The position numbers and the translations under genes were made by a program. DNA of 58,940 nucleotides from Cyanobacteria bacterium P01_D01_bin.156 (lineage in GTDB: Bacteria; Cyanobacteriota; Cyanobacteriia; Phormidesmidales; Phormidesmidaceae). The notes beneath the pieces were generated by a model that was not told where the DNA came from, did not search any database, and saw nothing but the letters and a program-made list of their open reading frames with translations. Positions within the stretch are counted from its first letter, which is position 1. Every line of letters begins with the position of its first letter. The stretch spans positions 1-58,940 of the forward strand of contig JBCCQQ010000039.1 of NCBI GenBank assembly GCA_039024555.1, written 5' to 3'. Below, in pieces: positions 40,631 through 50,785 of the stretch.

Positions 40631-42715
40631 CTAGGCCACCTTTAACCCACGATGTCTGAGTAATGCTTCCGTACTAGGCTCCCGCCCACGAAAGGCTTGG
40701 AACACATCCATTGGATGCTGACTACCCCCTAGGGCAAGTACTGTATCTCGGAAGCGCTGTCCCGTTTCCTGAACGGCAGCTTCATTTTCAGTACCCACTT
40801 CCTCAAAAGCGGCAAAGGCATCAGCGCTTAGCACCTCGGCCCAGAAGTAGCTGTAATACCCAGCTGCATAGCCACCAGCAAAAATGTGGCCAAAGCTGCA
40901 CAGGAATGCATTTTCTGGGAGTGGAGGCAGCACCGTAGTTTTTTGCGCCAGACGATCTCGCACATCCCAAATGGTTTCGCTGCCATCAGGCTGATAGCGA
41001 GAATGCAACTCGATATCGAGCCAGCCAAAGTTTACCTGGCGTAAAATGGCGCTGCCCGTCATAAAGTTGCGCGCTGCTAATAACTTTTGGTAGTCCGCTT
41101 CGGGTAAAGGGGCACCGGTCTCATAGTGGCGAGCCATTTTGAACAAAGTGCTACGGTCATAGCACCAGTTCTCCATAAACTGGCTGGGTAGCTCCACCGC
41201 ATCCCATTCCACATTGTTGATGCCAGCAGCTCCTGGATAGTCCACTTGGGTAAGCATGTGCTGGAGACCGTGGCCAAACTCATGGAACAACGTTTCCACT
41301 TCGCGGAAAGTCATTAAACTGGGTTTCCCATCTACCGGAGGAGACTGATTGCACACCAGGTAAGCGACCGGTAACCGTACTGGCTGATCTGGCTGTGTAT
41401 GGGCTCGCACAATGCACTCATCCATCCATGCGCCGCCGCGTTTTTCTGCAGGGCGGCTATAAGGATCTAAGTAAAAGTAGGCTACCGGATTGTCGTTACT
41501 ATCCTGAATGGCAAAGTAACGTACGGTCTCGTGCCACACTGGAGCCTGACCATCTGCAGCAGTAATGGTTACACCAAACAGCCGGTGGGCTAGCTCAAAT
41601 AACCCGTTGAGCACCTGGGGTAGAGGAAAATAAGGCCGGAGTTCCTCATCATTTAGATCAAACTCCGTTTCCCGCATCCGCTCAGCCCAGAAAGGAATGT
41701 CCCACTGCTTCAGTTCATTCGCCTCAGCAGCATTTTGCTTTTGAGCAAAGGCTTTTAGATCTTCTAGCTCCTTGACTGCAGCGTCATAGCTGGCACTGCG
41801 CAATTCCTCCATCAAAGACTCCACGGCATCTACAGAAGGAGCCATTTTGCGAGCAATGCTCAATTCAGCATAGGTATCAAAGCCTAGAAGATTGGCCTGC
41901 TGTTTTCGAAGTGTCAGTGTTTTATCAATCAGTGGGGTGTTGTTTAGATCCCCTTCGGAGGCGCGACTGATATATGCCCGATACAGTTTTTCTCGGAGAT
42001 CGCGTCGCTGACTATGCTTGAGAAAGGGACCATAGCTAGGAATATCTAATGTAATGCGCCAGGGACCTGCTTCTGCGGTTGCAGCTTCATCCCCTGCATC
42101 CCGAGCAGCTTGGGCAGCTAGGCCTAACAAACTCGGTGGCAAACCGGCAATTTCATCTGCAGTTTTCAGAGTAAGGCTGAATGCTTTAGTGGCATCCAAC
42201 ACATGGTTTGAAAACTGGGTGGATAGCTCCGCCAGTTGCTGCTGAATTTCGTTAAATTTTGCCTTTGCATCGCCTTCTAGACCCACACCAGAAAGTTCTG
42301 CGTCACGAATGGCCGCTTCCACAATGCGACGTTGTGCTGGCGTGAGGCTGGTGTCTTTCGCTAGTTCCTTAAAACCGTTGTAGAACGCTTTGCTCTGGCT
42401 CAGGCGGGTAGCAAACTGGACCAGTGGTGGTTGCACGGCTTCATAAGCCGCTCGGAGCTCGGAGCTATTTTGCACACCCATAAGATGGCCTAGGACACCC
42501 CAAGTCCAGCCTAGACGCTCACTAATTTTGGTGATGGGTTCTGCTAAGCCTTGCCAAGTAGGTGCCATCTCCTTTTCTAAGGATTCTAGGGCTGTTGTCA
42601 GGTCACGAATGAGCTCGGTGACAGCAGCTTCCACTTGGTCAGGTTGGAACTGATCGAAGGGGGGTAAACCCTGACCAATTAGGAATGGATTTGCAGCGAT
42701 GCTGGTAGTAGCCAT
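40631..42715 (-). CDS. prlC: Oligopeptidase A (M3 metallopeptidase)
   Basis: TLFHEFGHGLQH, WDAVELPSQFMENW, HIFAGGYAAGYYSY, FRGREPS. Confidence 0.94.
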   Translation of the reverse strand: MATTSIAANPFLIGQGLPPFDQFQPDQVEAAVTELIRDLTTALESLEKEMAPTWQGLAEPITKISERLGWTWGVLGHLMGVQNSSELRAAYEAVQPPLVQFATRLSQSKAFYNGFKELAKDTSLTPAQRRIVEAAIRDAELSGVGLEGDAKAKFNEIQQQLAELSTQFSNHVLDATKAFSLTLKTADEIAGLPPSLLGLAAQAARDAGDEAATAEAGPWRITLDIPSYGPFLKHSQRRDLREKLYRAYISRASEGDLNNTPLIDKTLTLRKQQANLLGFDTYAELSIARKMAPSVDAVESLMEELRSASYDAAVKELEDLKAFAQKQNAAEANELKQWDIPFWAERMRETEFDLNDEELRPYFPLPQVLNGLFELAHRLFGVTITAADGQAPVWHETVRYFAIQDSNDNPVAYFYLDPYSRPAEKRGGAWMDECIVRAHTQPDQPVRLPVAYLVCNQSPPVDGKPSLMTFREVETLFHEFGHGLQHMLTQVDYPGAAGINNVEWDAVELPSQFMENWCYDRSTLFKMARHYETGAPLPEADYQKLLAARNFMTGSAILRQVNFGWLDIELHSRYQPDGSETIWDVRDRLAQKTTVLPPLPENAFLCSFGHIFAGGYAAGYYSYFWAEVLSADAFAAFEEVGTENEAAVQETGQRFRDTVLALGGSQHPMDVFQAFRGREPSTEALLRHRGLKVA

Positions 42716-42824
42716 AAACGTCTTAGGGTGGGAACTAAAAAATGAATGTGATTAATCTCAGAATGATTCCGACTTAGTCGTATTTTAGACCAGGATTTTA
42801 TTTTGTGTGTTTGTCAGGTTTGGC

Positions 42825-43319
42825 CTACCCAGCTTCAATGGCATCTGGTTCTAGAGCCTGGATGATGCGTGCGGCTTGGGTAATAATGCTTTCGCCACCG
42901 TTGACTACCACCAAGTATTCTCCTGATGCGATGCGATCTCGATAGGGCGTTTCATTATTGTTAAACAGCAGTGCAGGACCACCCCCAATAAAGAAGCTAC
43001 CCATTAGACCCGAACCAGCGCCAAGGATGCCTCCCAAAATTTGATTGCCTAGGGTGCCGGTCCATTCAAAGGTTTGCAGTCCGGTAATTGTGTCGAATAC
43101 CACGCCACCTCCAAAACCAAAGGGTACGAGCCAGGTAGCCATGCGTTTTACCTGGGACCAAGCTGCTTCCTTAGGGGTTTGTAAGCCAAATTCATCCGTC
43201 GTCTTATATCCGTTACCCAGAATGGCAATATCTTCCATTGCAAAATTGCTAGACTCTAACCGGGAATAGGCTTCTTCAGCCTGAGTGCGATCTAGGAAAG
43301 CAGCGACAAGGTATCTCAT
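42825..43319 (-). CDS. Conserved hypothetical membrane protein (glycine-zipper)
   Basis: YLVAAF..R..AEEAY, WLVPFGF, GGILGAGSGLMGSFF, YRDRI..GEYLVVV. Confidence 0.75.
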   Translation of the reverse strand: MRYLVAAFLDRTQAEEAYSRLESSNFAMEDIAILGNGYKTTDEFGLQTPKEAAWSQVKRMATWLVPFGFGGGVVFDTITGLQTFEWTGTLGNQILGGILGAGSGLMGSFFIGGGPALLFNNNETPYRDRIASGEYLVVVNGGESIITQAARIIQALEPDAIEAG

Positions 43320-43509
43320 GGGGGCAGAACGAATAGTGTCTCATATCAGGTAAACCTGACTGACTCCATTATTCCTTGTTGACTACATTTTGGGCGGTTT
43401 TGGTTGCTTTGTGCGAAGGCAAACTCTCAATTGCGCTAGCATTGTCATGATTATTTTTATGATTCACAACTATGGTTTTGCAGCCTGACCCTCAGCAATC
43501 TTGAGAAGC

Positions 43510-43854
43510 ATGATTCAATCTCTTCTAAAGCCTTTGATATGGTTTTGTGTGGTTCTGATGGTAGTGGTGAGTCTTTGGTTCAGGCCCGTAGAAGCTTCAC
43601 CATCCCTAGTTGATCCAAGGTTAAATCGGCTGGAATCACAGGTGCGATCTCTACAATCCCAAGTCACCCGTTTGCAGTCACAGTTATCTAGAACTAACAA
43701 CAATCGTAGTGCCGGGAACCATATACCTCCTGTTCCAGCCGAACCATCGTTTGACGATCAGTTTGATACCCTGGCTATCTTGATTATTGAACTGCAACAG
43801 CGAGTATCCGCCCTGGAAGACAAGCTAGAGACATTAACCGAAATACCCGGATGA
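43510..43854 (+). CDS. Hypothetical secreted coiled-coil protein; 3' end overlaps the 6S RNA
   Basis: Signal peptide, RLNRLESQVRSLQSQV, FDTLAILIIELQQRVSALE. Confidence 0.7.
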   Translation: MIQSLLKPLIWFCVVLMVVVSLWFRPVEASPSLVDPRLNRLESQVRSLQSQVTRLQSQLSRTNNNRSAGNHIPPVPAEPSFDDQFDTLAILIIELQQRVSALEDKLETLTEIPG

Positions 43855-43975
43855 CAGTCGATATTGTTTGAAGTCTTGGTGAAGTCCTTGCACAACTCCG
43901 GATATGGCCGTGTGAATCACGCATGTTGGATTGGTAGATGCACCCTGATTCTGAGCCCTGGAGATGCATCTTTGG
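43789..43975 (+). ncRNA. ssrS: 6S RNA (cyanobacterial SsaA/SsrS); ends approximate
   Basis: Blocks GGAAGACAA, AAATACCCGG, ATATTGTTTGAAGTC and GATTGGTAG resemble cyanobacterial 6S RNA as I recall it. Long-range pairing GTATCCGCC/GGTAGATGC and CCGGA/TCCGG. G-U pairs, a candidate -10 (TATCTT 43776-43781) and a downstream terminator favour the + strand. Confidence 0.72.
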
Positions 43976-43992
43976 GGCTCTTTCTTATTCTT
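43953..43992 (+). terminator. Terminator hairpin after the 6S RNA, convergent with the kinase gene
   Basis: GAGCCCTGGAGAT / ATCTTTGGGGCTC stem followed by TTTCTTATTCTT. Confidence 0.65.
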
Positions 43993-46138
43993 TAGCTCTT
44001 TTTTGAGTCCCCTGTGAGATGAAGGGGTAACTGAATATAGAACGCTGTATATTCACCCACTTTAGAATCAACGGTTAAATCCCCTTGATGCTTTTCGACA
44101 ACGACTTGTCGACTAATAGAGAGCCCCAAGCCAGTGCCCTCCCCTACCTGTTTGGTGGTAAAAAACGGATCAAAAATTTGAGAACGAATTGTTTCAGGAA
44201 TACCTAGCCCATTGTCCAGGATTTCAATGAGGATTGACGATTTATTCGTGCATTGCTTTGTAACAATCTGGAGCGTTGGTGAAGAGTAATGAGAATTTGT
44301 ATCTGACCATTTTCCCTCCTCCCATGCCTCTTGTAATGCATCAATAGCATTACTCATCAAGTTCATAAATACTTGATTTAATTGACCTGGATAACATTCA
44401 AGCATTGGTATCTGCTCATAGTTTTTCTGAACCTTGATAGCAGGTCTATTGTGAGTCGCTTTGAGGCGATGATTTAAAATCATCAGCGTACTGTCTAGTC
44501 CACTGATGATATCTGCCCTCTTTTTCTCTGCTTCATCGAGGCGAGAGAAATTGCGTAAGGCTAAAATAATGTTGGTAATACGTTCTGTTCCTAAAGACAT
44601 AGATGTAATAGCCTTAGGAAGATCTTGAATGATGAAATCTGTTTCTTCATGATCTAGCTTTAGTTGATTCCATACATCGCTTTCTTGGGTTTTGATGTAC
44701 GACAAGATGCTAACTAATTCATCAACGTAGTTGTGTACATGTTCTAAATTGCCATGGATAAAAGAGACTGGGTTGTTGATTTCATGGGCAATACCTGCCA
44801 TCATTTTTCCCAGAGAAGAGAGCTTTTCATTTTGGATAGCTTGAGCCTGACTTGCCTTTAGGGCAACCATTGCCGTCTCTAAGGCCTGATGTCTAGCGGC
44901 CAGTTGTTGCGCCCATATTTTATGTTTCTGAGTTTGCTCAATTTGTTGTTGGACATAAAGTGCCAGTAGAAAAGTTATTCCTAAGCCAGCTACTAAGACG
45001 ATGGGAGATGTCCAAGTTCGTTGATTTGCGAAGAACTTTTGATTAGGGATAAAGAATATGGACCACTCATTATTGGCCATATTTACACTGGTTTTTGCAT
45101 GAATTCGTGTATTCTCTACGATTGAATCTATGTCTTTAGGAAAATCATCTATATAGTGGTTGTGATATTCATGATGTTTTTTATGGGCATGTAAGACTTC
45201 ATTCAACAGTTTTTCATCTTTGATATAAATATCGATGCCTCCATCATTCAAGTCATCGAGGGAGTCACGGAGCCAATCAAAAAGGGAAAGCTCAATGACG
45301 AAGACACCTCTGAACGTAGCCTGACTTTTTGGCGAAGTGATAGTACGACGACTAGTGGAGCGTCAAGACTGAGATTTGGGATCGATGAGAATCGCCTTTA
45401 CTACCGCTAGACCTTATCAAGAATGCGATTCACGACTCACTGAATAACTGGGTCAATCCTAATTTTTAGCTTTGACGCTCCACTAGAGTGATAGGCTGGT
45501 ATGAAGATTAATAAATTTCGGTGATCGTGAAAATGGCTTTTTGCCGTATTTTTTAGAGATGGTGCAGCAACAATGTAGTTGTTGTCACCAGCCTGTTGGA
45601 TGGCATTTTCCAATATGGGTAAGCTAGCTAAATCGACGCCAATCTGAAGGGCTGTAGGTTGACGAGTTTTTGCAAGGTATTTTAGAGGAAAGTAGGTGTA
45701 GTACGTGTCTGTTGATTCTGAAGTGTTTGTGGAGTCTTTTTCGAAATCGGGGGGGCGTAGCTCTGATATTCTAAATTGCTGCCGTTGATCAACTTCGACT
45801 TTGGATGCCCATCCAAATGTGACAATTGCTCGTTGACTTTGTAGCTCATTTGAGAAAAAGAGTTGAAAGTCATCTTGAGTAAAGTAGGGTGATTGTTTAT
45901 AAAAATTGTCGATCGAATCTAGAAAACCGACATGCTGTTCAATGCTACGTTGCAGTGCGATGGATATTAAGCTTGAACGCCGAGTGATTTCAGCTTGCAT
46001 ACGAGTTGTTTCCCATCGGCGCGTTCCCTCAAAGCTGACTATAGATAGCCCGACACCCGTGAAAAAAAGAGCGATTACGATGCTGTGTATCTTCTGAGCG
46101 ATAAGTAGGCGAGGCAACGGCATATTGGATCGGGGCAA
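43992..46138 (-). pseudogene. CHASE-domain sensor histidine kinase interrupted by a MITE
   Basis: 5' ORF: TM + CHASE (FGWASKV, YFPLKY, GVDLAS). 3' ORF: TM, LGKMMAGIAHEINNP, LNQVFMNLMSNAIDA, DNGLG, FDPFFTTK, GTGLGL. Removing 131 bp at 45352-45482 fuses them into one 2016-bp frame. Confidence 0.9.
45352..45486. mobile_element. MITE with terminal inverted repeats and CTAG (or TA) target duplication
   Basis: CTAGTGGAGCGTCAA (45352-45366) and TTGACGCTCCACTAG (45472-45486) form a perfect 15-bp inverted repeat that extends imperfectly to about 34 bp; too short to encode a transposase. Confidence 0.9.
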
Positions 46139-46243
46139 GATCTTGGAATCTGCATTTAGTTTGCCCAGCAGATGCTTGTCATAGTGTTTTTACGACCCGT
46201 AGGTACTCTGATCAGTCTTTCTCTGAATCTTTAATTGTGCTAG

Positions 46244-47362
46244 TTACTGATGAGATTTAATGGCTTCAATAATTTGACTGTTAGCTTTTGGAAATGGGTA
46301 GTCATCGATTTCATCTAGGGTGACCCATTTTACTTCATCACATTCAATAGTTTGAGGTTCACCGTTCAGGTGGGTGCAGTTGAATACATTCAGTGTGACT
46401 TTGAAGTGGCTATAGGTGTGGTTAACCGTAGTTAACCGATCATTAACTTCAATTTCAATTCCGAGTTCTTCCTTGATTTCTCTCTGAACGCATTCTTCAG
46501 CCGTTTCGTTAGGCTCAATTTTGCCCCCTGGAAACTCCCATAGCCCACCGAGTAAACCTTCTTGTTTACGACGATCAATGAGGATACGACCGTCATTGTC
46601 ATAAATAACGGCAACGCCAATTTGCTTGTGGGGCAGAGGAGCGCGGGATTCGGTCATGGGTAGTTCAGACTGTAGATTTTGACGGTAGGCGATGCAATGA
46701 TTTTGCCATGGGCACAGTAGGCACGAGGGACGATGTCGAGTGCATACGGTAGCACCGAGATCCATGATGGCCTGATTAAAGTCCCGCGGCTGTTGCGGAT
46801 CCAAAATCTGTTCGGATAATTGCCACAGCTCGTTCATGGCTTTTGCGGTCGGTTTGGGCAAGGCCACCAGACGCGCCAGCACTCGCTTTACATTACCATC
46901 GAGAATTGCTGTAGGGAGGTTGTAAGCGGCACTGAGGATGCCCCCAGCAGTTGTGCGACCAATGCCAGGCAGTGCGATCGCAGCTGCAAAATCTGCTGGA
47001 AATACTCCACTGTGACGCTCCACAATCAGCTGGGCGGTTTTATGTAGATTACGGGCGCGGGCATAGTACCCTAACCCTGCCCAAGCCTTTAGTACGGTTT
47101 GCTGTCGGGCTGTAGCGAGGTCTTCTACCGTTGGGAAGGTTTTTAACCAATTTAGGTAATAGGGCAGTACCGTTTTTACCTGGGTTTGCTGCAGCATAAT
47201 TTCTGAAATCCATATAGCGTATGGATCTCGGCTGCGACGCCAGGGTAAGTCTCGCCCCTGTTCTGCATACCAGTTAAGTAGTGTTTGGCGGAGGGTAGGG
47301 GCTAAGGCTGTTAAATCTAAGACCTTATCAACACTCAAAGCAGATACTTTATAAGTAAGCAT
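46244..47362 (-). CDS. mutY: A/G-specific adenine glycosylase MutY with C-terminal Nudix (MutT-like) domain
   Basis: RDLPWR, WISEIMLQQT, GLGYYARARNL, LPGIGRTTA, DGNVKRVL, 4Fe-4S CTRHRPSCLLCPWQNHC, Nudix box GGKIEPNETAEECVQREIKEELG. Start uncertain. Confidence 0.95.
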   Translation of the reverse strand: MLTYKVSALSVDKVLDLTALAPTLRQTLLNWYAEQGRDLPWRRSRDPYAIWISEIMLQQTQVKTVLPYYLNWLKTFPTVEDLATARQQTVLKAWAGLGYYARARNLHKTAQLIVERHSGVFPADFAAAIALPGIGRTTAGGILSAAYNLPTAILDGNVKRVLARLVALPKPTAKAMNELWQLSEQILDPQQPRDFNQAIMDLGATVCTRHRPSCLLCPWQNHCIAYRQNLQSELPMTESRAPLPHKQIGVAVIYDNDGRILIDRRKQEGLLGGLWEFPGGKIEPNETAEECVQREIKEELGIEIEVNDRLTTVNHTYSHFKVTLNVFNCTHLNGEPQTIECDEVKWVTLDEIDDYPFPKANSQIIEAIKSHQ

Positions 47363-47488
47363 CTGCTTTGAAGCATATTTACTGTCTGCGCTATCTTGCA
47401 CAATGTGCTTCTTGGCCACCAGCGATCGCACCTATCAACATTGCAATCCTGCCATGGTAGAGCACACCAGAGTCAATTAAATTCAGAA

Positions 47489-47836
47489 TTACTCAGCGTT
47501 AAGCTCTTCGAAACCACCTAGGACTGACTTTTCCATTTCTAGGCGTTGTTCAGCCCCCTTTAGAAAGTAGCCGCCCATCATGGCCGATGCCAACAAACGC
47601 CCAAGATTCTCACGGCTGGTGGTGACCGATACATCAAACCCTTCAGAAGGAAGACCGCCCAACATACCGATAATGTTGTGCTCCATTGCCTGCATGACGT
47701 CGCCGGAAACAGGACGTGACAGTTGAGCAATGGTTTCAGGTTCCATGGACTGAACGTACTGCATCAAAGTATTGCCTTGAACAGCAGTTCCACCCATAAA
47801 TCCAGAATTTGTGCTGTTGTTAGACTGGTTAGCCAT
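47489..47836 (-). CDS. DUF760 protein
   Basis: LMQYVQS, IIGMLGGLPSEGFDVSVTTSRENLGRLLASAMMGGYFL...EQR. Confidence 0.9.
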   Translation of the reverse strand: MANQSNNSTNSGFMGGTAVQGNTLMQYVQSMEPETIAQLSRPVSGDVMQAMEHNIIGMLGGLPSEGFDVSVTTSRENLGRLLASAMMGGYFLKGAEQRLEMEKSVLGGFEELNAE

Positions 47837-48225
47837 AATGACCTCACTCGAAACGTGGCTGGTAGCGGCTGTTGGCGTCTTTGCCGCTGTAATGACAATT
47901 TAACAAAGCAGTTTATGTTCCCGTAGTGGGCAGAACCGAACTGAAAGGTGAGGATTGCAGCGAACTGTCCATTGCCTTGCTCGCCAAGTGGGCAAACTCT
48001 TGAATATTTCTTGATGAGAGTGTTAATACTTTCCTGAGATCAGGAACTTTGTAACGGAGAACTTGCCAACTCAATAGAGGGGTTGCCCATTCTCCATGGC
48101 TTATGCATATTGCCCTGTACCTTACGAATCTCGATTCCTTTTGATTGGGATGTCAGCTATGTAAGCTACAATTGTTAAGGTTTTTTACGAAACATCACAC
48201 CGCTAGTTCTGGAAGTTCCAACCTA

Positions 48226-50019
48226 ATGAGCCTTCCCATCCGTAACGTTGCAATCATCGCCCACGTTGACCATGGTAAAACTACCCTAGTCGATTCTCTA
48301 CTTCAGCAGTCCGGTATTTTCCGGGAAGGTGAGGAAGTTCCCACCTGTGTCATGGACTCCAATGATTTGGAGCGTGAACGGGGGATTACCATTCTTTCTA
48401 AGAATACGGCGGTTCACTACAAAGACACGCTGATTAATATTATTGACACCCCTGGCCACGCCGACTTTGGCGGCGAGGTGGAGCGAGTGCTCGGCATGGT
48501 AGATGGCTGCATCCTGATTGTGGATGCCAACGAAGGACCGATGCCCCAGACTCGTTTTGTATTAAAAAAGGCACTAGAGAAAGGTCTACGTCCCATCGTA
48601 GTCGTTAACAAGATTGACCGCCCTCGGGCAGAACCTATGGGTGCAGTCGATAAGGTGTTAGATCTGTTTATTGAACTGGGTGCTGATGATGACCAGTGCG
48701 ACTTTCCTTACTTGTTTGCCTCTGGTCTATCGGGCTATGCCAAGAGTGAACTGGAAGACGAAAATAAGGATATGCAGCCCTTATTTGAAGGAATTTTGCA
48801 CCATGTCCCCCCTCCGGTAGGCGATTCTGAAAAGCCCCTACAGTTACAGGTTACTACCCTGGCTTACTCTGAGTATCTAGGCCGCATCGTCATTGGTAAG
48901 GTTCACAACGGTACTATCCGCGCTGGTGAGCAGATTGCCCTAGTTAAAGAAGACGGCAAAATCGTCAAATCCAAGATTTCGAAGCTGATGGGTTTTGAGG
49001 GCCTCCAGCGCACAGAAATTGAAGAAGCGACCGCAGGCAACATTGTGGCAGTGGCCGGTTTTGCTGATGCCAATATTGGTGAAACCCTGACGTCTCCCGA
49101 GAACCCCCAGGCGCTGCCTTTGATTAAAGTAGATGAGCCCACACTGCAGATGACCTTTGCGGTAAATGATTCTCCTTTTGCGGGTAAGGAAGGTAAGTTT
49201 GTTACCTCTCGTCAGATTCGCGATCGCTTAATGCGCGAATTGGAAACCAATGTGGCTCTGCGCGTGGAAGAAACCGACTCCCCCGACCGCTTTGGTGTAT
49301 CTGGTCGTGGTGAACTCCACCTCGGTATTTTGATTGAAACAATGCGCCGTGAGGGCTATGAGTTCCAAGTATCTCAGCCTCAGGTAATCTTCCGTGAAGT
49401 CAACGGCCAACCCTGTGAGCCCTACGAGCAACTGGTGATGGATGTGCCTGAAGATGCTGTGGGTGGCTGTATGGAGCGTCTAGGTCAGCGCCGTGGCGAA
49501 ATGCAGGACATGATGGTGGACGGCAATGGTCGCGCCCAGCTGGAGTTTGTAGTACCGGCCCGTGGCCTGATTGGTTTCCGTGGTGAGTTTATGCGTCAGA
49601 CTCGCGGCGAAGGCATTATGAACCACAGCTTCCTTGATTATCGCCCGATGTCTGGTGATGTGTCTGCTCGCCGTAACGGTGTGCTGATTTCCTTTGAGGA
49701 AGGTGTGTCTACGTTCTACGCTATGAAAAATGCTGAGGATCGCGGCATCTTCTTCATTGAGCCTGGTACCAAGGTGTATAAGGGCATGATTGTGGGTGAG
49801 AATAATCGTCCTCAGGATCTAGAGCTGAATATCTGTAAGGCAAAGCAGCTAACCAACCACCGGGCAGCTAGTGGTGATGAACTTGTTCAGCTACAGACTC
49901 CCCAAGAGATGGGTCTAGAGCGAGCGCTAGAATACATTGCCTCTGATGAAATGGTGGAGGTTACACCCGAGTCCATTCGTTTGCGTAAGATGCCCAAGAA
50001 GAAGCTGGCTAAGCGTTAA
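48226..50019 (+). CDS. typA: Translational GTPase TypA/BipA
   Basis: [55 protein letters not shown]. Start ATG 48226. Confidence 0.97.
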   Translation: MSLPIRNVAIIAHVDHGKTTLVDSLLQQSGIFREGEEVPTCVMDSNDLERERGITILSKNTAVHYKDTLINIIDTPGHADFGGEVERVLGMVDGCILIVDANEGPMPQTRFVLKKALEKGLRPIVVVNKIDRPRAEPMGAVDKVLDLFIELGADDDQCDFPYLFASGLSGYAKSELEDENKDMQPLFEGILHHVPPPVGDSEKPLQLQVTTLAYSEYLGRIVIGKVHNGTIRAGEQIALVKEDGKIVKSKISKLMGFEGLQRTEIEEATAGNIVAVAGFADANIGETLTSPENPQALPLIKVDEPTLQMTFAVNDSPFAGKEGKFVTSRQIRDRLMRELETNVALRVEETDSPDRFGVSGRGELHLGILIETMRREGYEFQVSQPQVIFREVNGQPCEPYEQLVMDVPEDAVGGCMERLGQRRGEMQDMMVDGNGRAQLEFVVPARGLIGFRGEFMRQTRGEGIMNHSFLDYRPMSGDVSARRNGVLISFEEGVSTFYAMKNAEDRGIFFIEPGTKVYKGMIVGENNRPQDLELNICKAKQLTNHRAASGDELVQLQTPQEMGLERALEYIASDEMVEVTPESIRLRKMPKKKLAKR

Positions 50020-50039
50020 TCGCTTACTGAACAATGTCT

Positions 50040-50070
50040 AAGCCCCGATGGTTGAGTACTATCGGGGCTT
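50040..50070. terminator. Bidirectional terminator between typA and the Uma2 gene
   Basis: AAGCCCCGATGGT / ACTATCGGGGCTT stem followed by T-rich sequence. Confidence 0.8.
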
Positions 50071-50086
50071 TATTGTGTCAAAAAAC

Positions 50087-50746
50087 TTATGCTTTTTGTT
50101 CTCTGACCCATCGCCTGATGGCTTGGCGAATGGCGCGACGCCCTTGGCTACGATGGTTTTCAATAATTTGCGGTAGCTGTTTGACAGGCAAATTAGGTAA
50201 AGCGAGGCTTGTTTCTGCGGTCACATAATCACCCGATTGCAGATGATAAATCTTTAGTTCTCCTTGGTCGTAACACCAAATTTCTGGCACGTCTAAGCGC
50301 GCATAAATTAGAAATCGATTGAGAGATTTACTGGTTAAATCAATCTCTAATGCCAAATCGGGGGGCGGATCGCCCTGGCCAAGGTCTACATCAAACCTGC
50401 CCCTAACAACAGCTTCATTCTGAAAATAAAAACAATTATTTGGCTCAACACCTGCCATTCTGGCATGCTTACGCCAGGTGGTTGAACTATAGCTTTCATA
50501 ATCAAGGTCTAGCTCATCAGCAATATCTTTTACGGCATCCCCCAGAACTTCTTTGAAATGCTCATGTTCTGGTAATGGGATCATAATTTCTAGAGAGCCG
50601 TTGTCATAGGCAAGGTGGGCGGCACGTTGGTCACCCAAGGTTACCAGCAGGTTTTCAAATTGTTCCCAGCTGATGTTGGTCAGCACGATGCGGTCTGCTC
50701 GCTGTAGGGTAACAACCATGGTTTTCTTGGTTAGCTGGCTAGTCAC
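50087..50746 (-). CDS. Uma2 (DUF820) family endonuclease-like protein, possibly degenerate
   Basis: ISWEQFE, YDNGSLEIMIPLPEHE, PPPDLALEID, VPEIW; has EPNNCFY where EPD is usual. Confidence 0.88.
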   Translation of the reverse strand: MTSQLTKKTMVVTLQRADRIVLTNISWEQFENLLVTLGDQRAAHLAYDNGSLEIMIPLPEHEHFKEVLGDAVKDIADELDLDYESYSSTTWRKHARMAGVEPNNCFYFQNEAVVRGRFDVDLGQGDPPPDLALEIDLTSKSLNRFLIYARLDVPEIWCYDQGELKIYHLQSGDYVTAETSLALPNLPVKQLPQIIENHRSQGRRAIRQAIRRWVREQKA

Positions 50747-50785
50747 TATGATAATTCAGTTGATAATGCTTTATCGACTGACAGT

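Noticed and set aside
43775..43960. 6S RNA on the minus strand
   Set aside because: The closing stem has more A-C mismatches on minus but G-U pairs on plus, and the -10 candidate and U-tailed terminator are on plus.
45252..45436. Treating the CHASE ORF and the kinase ORF as two genes, or as a sequencing frameshift
   Set aside because: Terminal inverted repeats and a duplicated CTAG explain the break, and removing them restores one frame.
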